Shown piece after piece: positions 53,667 through 64,000 of a stretch of DNA of 64,000 bases. Origin of the DNA: Bugula neritina (Eukaryota; Animalia; Bryozoa); contig OZ037766.1 in the NCBI GenBank assembly GCA_964035545.1, forward strand, positions 33,222,773-33,286,772. The letters are read 5' to 3'. Below the pieces are notes generated by a model. It was not told where the DNA came from and searched no databases. It was given only the letters and a program-made list of their open reading frames with translations. The number at the start of each line of letters is the position of its first letter. The stretch's first letter is position 1. The position numbers were made by a program, and so were the translations under genes.

Positions 53667-54482
53667 CTTCGTCTAGAAGTCTCACATATATTGGTTGATG
53701 AAATCAATAATTGCTTCTTTATACACCAAGTAACTTCACTGAAGTGGAGAGAGATTTTAATGTAAACAACAGAGTTAATGCAGCATCTGAATACCACGTG
53801 TTGTAACTGTTGAATGCGATTCCTATTGGATTATAGATTCCTTTTATGAACAGGAACTACATAAAATAATCCTTTTAAGCAAGCCCAACCTATCCGTTGT
53901 TTTTCCCATACATCAAGTGCATCAAGAAAGTCTTTAAAAAATTAATTGACAACATTTAACAACTTACTAGCAGTTGGGAATGTATAGCAATTCCCAGGCA
54001 TAACATATTGAATAATTTAAACTAAATAAATTGTTTTTGTGTGAGTCTAGTTAATTTATTAGGCTACTTCAAAGTGAGAATATTGAAGGTATTAAGTTGT
54101 AATAGCTTTATAAATTAGATTCATTAGGTTAACTGAATTCATTTATCTATAACGCAAACTCAACATATTAAAGATATTTACTCTGAATAGCTTTGGAAAT
54201 TGATTTCAAAGGGTTCAAATAAATTTAAAAATTTTGACTGATTCAAATTAATTTGTTGGCTTATGTTCAATAGGAATCTTACAATAAAAATTTCCTTACT
54301 ATATGCTGCTAGCTGGAAATATATGCATTGTGAAGAAAAACAATAATATGGCAGACCTGCTTAGCACATGGTCAGTTCAAACATGTTTATTTTTCTCATA
54401 GCTATCTGTACTTGTATGTAAATCTTACAGCAGAAATATAAAATATAACAGGAACCTGGTTCCAAAAGCAATGCTCAGGCTT

Positions 54483-54900
54483 CGTAGTCACTTACATCTA
54501 CATAGTATATAGTCACTTACATCTACGTAGTATATAGTCACTTACATCTACATAGTATATAGTCACTTACATCTACATAGTATATAGTCACTTACATCTA
54601 CATAGTATAGTCACTTACATCTACATAGTATAGTCACTTACATCTACATAGTATAGTCACTTACATCTACATAGTATAGTCACTTACATCTACATAGTAT
54701 AGTCACTTACATCTACATAGTATAGTCACTTACATCTACATAGTAAATATAGTCACTTACATCTACATAGTATAGTCACTTACATCTACATAGTATAGTC
54801 ACTTACATCTACATAGTATAGTCACTTACATCTACATAGTATATAGTCACTTACATCTACATAGTATATAGTCACTTACATCTACATAGTATAGTCACTT
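54483..54900. repeat. 23/25-bp intergenic array
   Basis: TAGTCACTTACATCTACATAGTA(TA). Confidence 0.93.
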
Positions 54901-55451
54901 CATCAAACTATCATGTAAAATGCTTATGGAATATGCAGGTTATATATTAGGTCATTTGTACCGCCTCTTTGTACCACCTCTAACTATAAGCTGTTCGATA
55001 CATTTACAAGGCTTGAAATAATAATTTTTTGAGGACATTTCATAATTTAGTTTTAATAATGTTGAACTAGAAACATTTTCCATAATAGTGACTAAGCATT
55101 TTTAAAAGACAAACAATAAACGCAGCTTTCATTTGAAGCCCATTGCTACGTTGTATCATTATGTAATTTATATGGAATAATAGTTAAAAGCATGATCTGA
55201 ATTTTCTTGTTTATGTAAATTATTTATGTTATATTAAGTTTTGTGTTTAAAAAGTGGCTAGTGCATTGATCTAATATTTATAACTTTTTTTGCAGGAAAT
55301 TCAACACTTTCTGCACAACGTATATTTTACAAAATAAAAGTAACAAAACTACAATAAAGTTGATTTAGAAAATATCCAAGCTTTGAATGAAAGAAATTAT
55401 CTCTATACTTATAAACTGCATCTCTTGCAAAAGGCAGTTTACACTTGAAAG

Positions 55452-58400
55452 TCACTTCTGTGAATCCTTGAAGTCTACAACAGGCGTGAGAGAGGAGCCC
55501 TTCCGCCATTGGTAGCTGACGGAGTGAGTCACCTTCAATATGAGAAACTCCAGGAACTCTGCCAGAGTGAGAATGCTGGCTCCAAGGGAAATTCCGAGGG
55601 TTCCTCCCAGGTTTGCTTTCAAACAGTCAAATGACAAGGCAGTGTTGCTAGTATTTATATGTGTAGAGTAAACAGTCAAAGTACATGGCAGTGTTGCTAG
55701 TATTTATATGTGTAGAGTAAACAGTCAAAGTACAAGGCAGTGTTGCTAGTATTTATATGTGTAGAGTAAACAGTCAAATGACATGGCAGTGTTGCTAGTA
55801 TTTATATGTGTAGAGTAAACAGTCAAAGTACAAGGCAGTGTTGCTAGTATTCATATGTGTAGAGTAATTGTAAACATAATACAAATGCTAACCAACAACA
55901 ATGAATATTTATTTATTATCTAAATATGACAATTAATATTTTGTTACTATATAATTGTAGTTTGTAATTCTAATACATTGGATGAATCTAACAATTAGCT
56001 AATAGGGATATGATGTGAAACACTTGTAAAGTGTCATTTATTGCTTAAATAAGAAAGCTTTTCAAATTATGCATGTATTTATTTGTGTCATCTCTCTTTT
56101 AGAATATAGTACTATAGCTCACTAGATTAGTGATGTAGAGTATACTGCTACATATAGCTTACTAGATTAGTGATGTAGAGTATACTACTACATATAGCTT
56201 ACTAGATTAGTGATGTAGAGTATACTACTACATATAGCTTACTAGATTAGTGATGTAGAGTATACTACTACATATAGCTTACTAGATTAGTGATGTAGAG
56301 TATACTACTACATATAGCTTACTAGATTAGTGATGTAGAGTATACTGCTACATATAGCTTACCTAGATTAGTGATGTAGAGTATACTGCTACATATAGCT
56401 TACCTAGATTAGTGATGTAGAGTATACTGCAGGTAAACTTACCTAGATTAGTGATGTAGAGTATACTGCAGGTAAACTTACCTAGATTAGTGATGTAGAG
56501 TATACTGCAGGTAAACTTACCTAGATTAGTGATGTAGAGTATACTGCAGGTAAACTTACCTAGATTAGTGATGTAGAGTATACTGCAGGTAAACTTACCT
56601 AGATTAGTGATGTAGAGTATACTGCAGGTAAACTTACCTAGATTAGTGATGTAGAGTATACTGCAGGTAAACTTACCTAGATTAGTGATGTAGAGTATAC
56701 TGCAGGTAAACTTACCTAGATTAGTGATGTAGAGTATACTGCAGGTAAACTTACCTAGATTAGTGATGTAGAGTATACTGCAGGTAAACTTACCTAGATT
56801 AGTGATGTAGAGTATACTGCAGGTAAACTTACCTAGATTAGTGATGTAGAGTATACTGCAGGTAAACTTACCTAGATTAGTGATGTAGAGTATACTGCAG
56901 GTAAACTTACCTAGATTAGTGATGTAGAGTATACTGCAGGTAAACTTACCTAGATTAGTGATGTAGAGTATACTGCAGGTAAACTTACCTAGATTAGTGA
57001 TGTAGAGTATACTGCAGGTAAACTTACCTAGATTAGTGATGTAGAGTATACTGCTACATATAGCTTACTAGATTAGTGATGTAGAGTATACTGCAGGTAA
57101 ACTTACCTAGATTAGTGATGTAGAGTATACTGCTACATATAGCTTACTAGATTAGTGATGTAGAGTATACTGCTACATATAGCTTACTAGATTAGTGATG
57201 TAGAGTATACTGCTACATATAGCTTACCTAGATTAGTGATGTAGAGTATACTACTACATATAGCTCACTAGATTAGTGATGTAGAGTATACTGCTACATA
57301 TAGCTTACCTAGATTAGTGATGTAGAGTATACTGCAGGTAAACTTACCTAGATTAGTGATGTAGAGTATACTGCAGGTAAACTTACCTAGATTAGTGATG
57401 TAGAGTATACTGCAGGTAAACTTACCTAGATTAGTGATGTAGAGTATACTGCAGGTAAACTTACCTAGATTAGTGATGTAGAGTATACTGCTACATATAG
57501 CTTACTAGATTAGTGATGTAGAGTATACTGCTACATATAGCTTACCTAGATTAGTGATGTAGAGTATACTACTACATATAGCTTACCTAGATTAGTGATG
57601 TAGAGTATACTGCTACATATAGCTTACCTAGATTAGTGATGTAGAGTATACTGCAGGTAAACTTACCTAGATTAGTGATGTAGAGTATACTGCAGGTAAA
57701 CTTACCTAGATTAGTGATGTAGAGTATACTGCAGGTAAACTTACCTAGATTAGTGATGTAGAGTATACTGCAGGTAAACTTACCTAGATTAGTGATGTAG
57801 AGTATACTGCAGGTAAACTTACCTAGATTAGTGATGTAGAGTATACTACTACATATAGCTCACTAGATTAGTGATGTAGAGTATACTGCTACATATAGCT
57901 TACCTAGATTAGTGATGTAGAGTATACTGCTACATATAGCTTACCTAGATTAGTGATGTAGAGTATACTGCAGGTAAACTTACCTAGATTAGTGATGTAG
58001 AGTATACTGCAGGTAAACTTACCTAGATTAGTGATGTAGAGTATACTGCAGGTAAACTTACCTAGATTAGTGATGTAGAGTATACTGCAGGTAAACTTAC
58101 CTAGATTAGTGATGTAGAGTATACTGCAGGTAAACTTACCTAGATTAGTGATGTAGAGTATACTGCAGGTAAACTTACCTAGATTAGTGATGTAGAGTAT
58201 ACTGCAGGTAAACTTACCTAGATTAGTGATGTAGAGTATACTGCAGGTAAACTTACCTAGATTAGTGATGTAGAGTATACTGCAGGTAAACTTACCTAGA
58301 TTAGTGATGTAGAGTATACTGCAGGTAAACTTACCTAGATTAGTGATGTAGAGTATACTGCAGGTAAACTTACCTAGATTAGTGATGTAGAGTATACTGC

Positions 58401-61400
58401 AGGTAAACTTACCTAGATTAGTGATGTAGAGTATACTGCAGGTAAACTTACCTAGATTAGTGATGTAGAGTATACTGCAGGTAAACTTACCTAGATTAGT
58501 GATGTAGAGTATACTGCAGGTAAACTTACCTAGATTAGTGATGTAGAGTATACTGCTACATATAGCTTACTAGATTAGTGATGTAGAGTATACTGCAGGT
58601 AAACTTACCTAGATTAGTGATGTAGAGTATACTGCTACATATAGCTTACTAGATTAGTGATGTAGAGTATACTGCTACATATAGCTTACCTAGATTAGTG
58701 ATGTAGAGTATACTGCAGGTAAACTTACCTAGATTAGTGATGTAGAGTATACTGCAGGTAAACTTACCTAGATTAGTGATGTAGAGTATACTGCAGGTAA
58801 ACTTACCTAGATTAGTGATGTAGAGTATACTGCAGGTAAACTTACCTAGATTAGTGATGTAGAGTATACTGCAGGTAAACTTACCTAGATTAGTGATGTA
58901 GAGTATACTGCAGGTAAACTTACCTAGATTAGTGATGTAGAGTATACTACTACATATAGCTCACTAGATTAGTGATGTAGAGTATACTGCTACATATAGC
59001 TTACCTAGATTAGTGATGTAGAGTATACTGCTACATATAGCTTACCTAGATTAGTGATGTAGAGTATACTGCAGGTAAACTTACCTAGATTAGTGATGTA
59101 GAGTATACTGCAGGTAAACTTACCTAGATTAGTGATGTAGAGTATACTGCAGGTAAACTTACCTAGATTAGTGATGTAGAGTATACTGCAGGTAAACTTA
59201 CCTAGATTAGTGATGTAGAGTATACTGCAGGTAAACTTACCTAGATTAGTGATGTAGAGTATACTGCAGGTAAACTTACCTAGATTAGTGATGTAGAGTA
59301 TACTGCAGGTAAACTTACCTAGATTAGTGATGTAGAGTATACTGCAGGTAAACTTACCTAGATTAGTGATGTAGAGTATACTGCAGGTAAACTTACCTAG
59401 ATTAGTGATGTAGAGTATACTGCTACATATAGCTTACTAGATTAGTGATGTAGAGTATACTGCAGGTAAACTTACCTAGATTAGTGATGTAGAGTATACT
59501 GCTACATATAGCTTACTAGATTAGTGATGTAGAGTATACTGCTACATATAGCTTACCTAGATTAGTGATGTAGAGTATACTGCAGGTAAACTTACCTAGA
59601 TTAGTGATGTAGAGTATACTGCAGGTAAACTTACCTAGATTAGTGATGTAGAGTATACTGCAGGTAAACTTACCTAGATTAGTGATGTAGAGTATACTGC
59701 AGGTAAACTTACCTAGATTAGTGATGTAGAGTATACTGCAGGTAAACTTACCTAGATTAGTGATGTAGAGTATACTGCAGGTAAACTTACCTAGATTAGT
59801 GATGTAGAGTATACTACTACATATAGCTCACTAGATTAGTGATGTAGAGTATACTGCTACATATAGCTTACCTAGATTAGTGATGTAGAGTATACTGCTA
59901 CATATAGCTTACCTAGATTAGTGATGTAGAGTATACTGCAGGTAAACTTACCTAGATTAGTGATGTAGAGTATACTGCAGGTAAACTTACCTAGATTAGT
60001 GATGTAGAGTATACTGCAGGTAAACTTACCTAGATTAGTGATGTAGAGTATACTGCAGGTAAACTTACCTAGATTAGTGATGTAGAGTATACTGCAGGTA
60101 AACTTACCTAGATTAGTGATGTAGAGTATACTGCAGGTAAACTTACCTAGATTAGTGATGTAGAGTATACTGCAGGTAAACTTACCTAGATTAGTGATGT
60201 AGAGTATACTGCAGGTAAACTTACCTAGATTAGTGATGTAGAGTATACTGCAGGTAAACTTACCTAGATTAGTGATGTAGAGTATACTGCAGGTAAACTT
60301 ACCAATAATATCAATTGCTGTGTAAGCAACTTTCTCTTCTATGAAATCATACTCTAGCATCGGGTGAAACAGATTCACAGTGACAGCGTTGTGCCGGAGG
60401 TAGTCAACATATTCCGCTGTCAAGACAAGGCAGCACTATTGTGTCCGTATGCATATCAACTAATCAGGTGAACATGTAAAATATACTCTTGTTTTGAAGG
60501 AAAAAAATTCACACATCATTCACTAAATAAAACTATGTTGCAGCTGTAATTACATAAAACTCCATGCAACATGAGGTAATAATATATTTTAAAGTTTAGT
60601 TTAAAGTTGGTTTTACCACTATAGTTGAGGTCTCTCTCAAAAATTAGACTGGGGAACTTGGAAATAGACATGTCGGCTGAGTACCGAACCTCATTACACA
60701 GTGGAATGCAGTTGCACCGCTCTAAGATTGTAGGATCCTGTTGTAAGTTCACTAAAACAGAAGAAGGACAGATGACATGTGAACACTCTTGCATATGTTT
60801 CGGTAACCGAATGACTATTCAATTAACCTATCTTACAACATCTAATTCTATATCTGACTCTTAGCATAGTTTATTTATAGTTTATGTGTATTATTACAAT
60901 AGACTAACCCATAGCATTGTTTGAACACTCCATCATCTCCTTTGGATTACAGGTTCTGGTATTACTCATAGCTGAAACAAGAAAAAATTCAATTGAAATG
61001 ATTACAGCAAGTGAATACATCCAAGAAATTTCTGCAAAAAATTTTTTCCATGAGCTCTTTTTGTATATAAATAGAAAGCAAGTTGAAACTGGAAAATTAA
61101 ATAAAATTGCAACGCATTAATTTAAATACTAAAACTGAAACAGAAAACTAGTTCCAACGCAAACAGCAAGATACAATAGAAATGCACTGCAGCATGTTTT
61201 CCTTTATTGATGTGATGTTGAGCTGATTTCCCTTACGAGGCTGGAGGTAGTCGCGACACCCACACTGGTCGATGGTGTAGAAGGTACTGCACTCCTCAAC
61301 GCAAGCAGTGTACGAGTAGTCTGGGAAGAATCGGAGAGGGTTTGGCTTTGTCTCGGCATCAAAGCAGTTGGATCTTCCCCCATCAGCTGGTGGAGGGACC

Positions 61401-64000
61401 CTGTTTATCTAAGGAAGGGTAACTGTAGTATAGCATATAACAGGTAACTAACTATATAGTATAGTATATAACAGGTAAATATAGTATAGTATATAGTATA
61501 TAACAGGTAAATACAGTATAGTATAGTATATAACAGGTAACTGTAGTATAGTATATAACAGGTTACTATTATAGTATAGTAATTATATAAACTAGGTAAC
61601 TATCTAGTATATAGCATAAACAGGTACTATAATAGAATCAAATAAGTATGTCAAGGTATATTTACCTTCTTCTGTCTCAGCATGACGTTGAACATGTTAC
61701 CTGGACTCACACCATAACTGACCTCACTCACTGCAGGGGCGTCTTTTGAGTCATGCAGTGCTATCTGAATAAAAAATAGATTTTCCTCCTGTAACTTATA
61801 ACTCTTAATTTCATTTACAACATTATGGTATGATGGTGTATAACTATATATGTATAATCATACTACATTATGGTATGATGGTGTATAACTGTATATGTAT
61901 AATCATACTACATTATGGTATGATGGTGTATAACTGTATATGTATAATCATACTACATTATGGTATGATGGTGTATAACTATATATGTATAATCATACAA
62001 CATTATGGTATGATGGTGTATAACTGTATATGTATAATCATACTACGTTATGGTATGATGGTGTATAACTGTATATGTATAATCATACTACGTTATGGTA
62101 TGATGGTGTATAACTATATATGTATAATCATACTACATTATGGTATGACGGTGTATAACTGTATATGTATAATCATACTACATTATGGTATGATGGTGTA
62201 TAACTGTATATGTATAATCATACTACATTATGGTATGATGGTGTATAACTGTATATGTATAATCATACTACATTATGGTATGATGGTGTATAACTATATA
62301 TGTATAATCATACAACATTATGGTATGATGGTGTATAACTGTATATGTATAATCATACTACATTATGGTATGATGGTGTATAACTGTATATGTATAATCA
62401 TACTACGTTATGGTATGATGGTGTATAACTGTATATGTATAATCATACTACATTATGGTATGACGGTGTATAACTGTATATGTATAATCATACTACGTTA
62501 TGGTATGATGGTGTATAACTATATATGTATAATCATACTACATTATGGTATGATGGTGTATAACTGTATATGTATAATCATACTACATATGATGGTCTAT
62601 AACTATATATGTATAATCTTACTACGTATGATGGTGTATAACTTACCAAAAATCCTTCACTGGATGAGAGACGGTTTGGGAAATAATCTTCAACTTTTGT
62701 ATCGAGCATGAGAGTGAGCCCCTTGTTGCTTCCTGCCGTGTACGCCATTTGGTCACCTTTGCTGTTGAATCGGAAGCAGAGACCTACAAACATGAGAGAA
62801 CAATTCCTACTTACTTTAAGCAAGACATAATTCCATCTAATTGAGTATGATGAAATGCTCAACAAGAGGCTAAACTTGTGCCATCAGTGGTTAGTAGAAA
62901 TAATATGAGACAATAAATGCTGATGCAATATTTCTCATCAGTTTTCCAAAACTAGAGAATTGCATTATATACACCTGAATCTGTGCCGACAACTTCAAAT
63001 ATTTCTCTACACGAAAGGACAACTCCCTGATAATGACAGAACAGCATGCTCTCCTCCATAGAGTGGGAGTTGTGATGTAGGAATGATTCCATGAACCTTT
63101 CTTCAAGTAAGCTGGACAGAAATGGGTCCTCCCAATCGTACCTAAATGCCATTGAAAATAAGTAATTACCATGTACAATAGCATTTAAAGTATTATTGTA
63201 TTGCAAACCTACATTCCTATTTTGTATATATAATGTTTGTATATATAATGTTTGTAAATATTTATAATTTTCCACCTGATATGTTTTTCTCACATTAAAC
63301 TTAAGTTTTCCGTTTACTTAAACTGCAAAATGTTAGTGCTTAGAAGGTGAAATTTAAGTGAGCTACGCAGCTGAAACCTGAGTGGAACGGTTTTACCTGT
63401 CTTCGCTGACGTTCAATGAAAACTGCACGTCATACCAGACGTTGCCAAAGAGTGTCTCATTTTCTGTACTCCAGCTCAAGTTCTTTAAACTGGATCTTTT
63501 AATGGAGTTTCTGTTGCATATTGTGATTGTTGGATACTGAAAGAAGTACATCAAGTTTATATCTGATTGGCTAAAAGGGTCAATGAAGTTGAATGTTTAC
63601 AGTGTAAATATTTCAACAGCTCTGATGGACAGCTGGATATTCATCTAAAAAGCAAATCTAAGCAAAATATTGCATAAAGAATTTTTGCAGTAAGCAAAAT
63701 CACACTATGAAAACTAATTTTAGCAATTTTATATTAAATTATTTTTTCTGTTTATTCATGTCAAACTCCTCACTTACCTTTACTTACCTCTAACTGTACT
63801 TACCTCTATATCTAACTGCTCTTACTTCTAACTATACTTACCTATATCTAACTATACTCACCTCTATCTATGTAACCGTACTTACTGTACGTACCTCTAT
63901 ACTCTTTGTTGTCTCCACTGTTACTTTAGTTGATACCGGTTTGTTAGAGAGCTCAATGATAAACAAACAGCTTGCTATACCAAAGTATGTTATCCCGGAA
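55452..64000 (-). CDS. DEG/ENaC (ASIC-like) channel, 5'-truncated at window end; last exons ~60417-60303 and 55615-55452
   Basis: Post-TM1 PVSTKV..YPTITICNRN; GLCFRFN; GLTLMLD; thumb YSYTACVEEC..CGC; CNCIPLCNEVRY; TM2 IIA|NLGGTLGISLGASILTLAEF with the GAS filter. Confidence 0.92.
55621..55867. repeat. 49-bp array abutting the channel's last acceptor
   Basis: AAACAGTCAAATGACAAGGCAGTGTTGCTAGTATTTATATGTGTAGAGT, 5 copies. Confidence 0.92.
56113..60302 (-). repeat. 39-41-bp array (~105 copies) beginning exactly at the channel donor 60302
   Basis: Gene-strand unit GTAAGTTTACCTGCAGTATACTCTACATCACTAATCTAG, with variant GTAAGCTATATGTAGCAG... Confidence 0.97.
61820..62646. repeat. 45-bp array beginning at the channel donor 62646
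   Basis: TGGTATGATGGTGTATAACTGTATATGTATAATCATACTACATTA, ~18 copies. Confidence 0.95.

Noticed and set aside
56113-60302. CRISPR-like array (repeat length 30-40 bp, partly palindromic)
   Set aside because: Units are head-to-tail with no unique spacers, there are no cas genes, and the context is a eukaryotic intron.
1-64000. tRNA, rRNA, transposase or reverse-transcriptase genes
   Set aside because: None recognisable by eye or in the ORF track; small ncRNAs cannot be excluded without an Infernal/Rfam search.

Overview
AT-rich, intron-dense animal genomic DNA with GT-AG spliceosomal introns. It is an invertebrate, plausibly a lophotrochozoan such as a bryozoan (inference). I reconstructed eight spliced genes by hand: (1) 3' end of PMPCA (+); (2) SMAP-type ArfGAP (+); (3) a secreted mucin-stalk protein with a stand-alone UMOD/GP2/OIT3-type D8C domain (-); (4) a ~14.6 kb type I receptor mosaic (propeller-like / Cys-rich / 2 CTLD / TSP1 / 7 Sushi / PTPRJ-like membrane-proximal domain / TM / tail without phosphatase) (-); (5) a CS-alpha-beta defensin-like peptide (+); (6) an NCKX/SLC24 exchanger (+); (7) a secreted NHL-propeller protein (-); (8) a DEG/ENaC channel truncated at the window end (-). 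There are also two inverted-repeat MITE-like elements and about 30 unrelated minisatellites, which explain nearly all long low-complexity ORFs in the track. The most striking pattern is that many intronic tandem arrays are duplications of their own exon/intron junction, producing ladders of splice-site copies. The extreme case is a 4.2 kb array of about 105 AG|GTAAGT-type units in the channel's last intron. Exon coordinates are manual and need RNA-seq confirmation.
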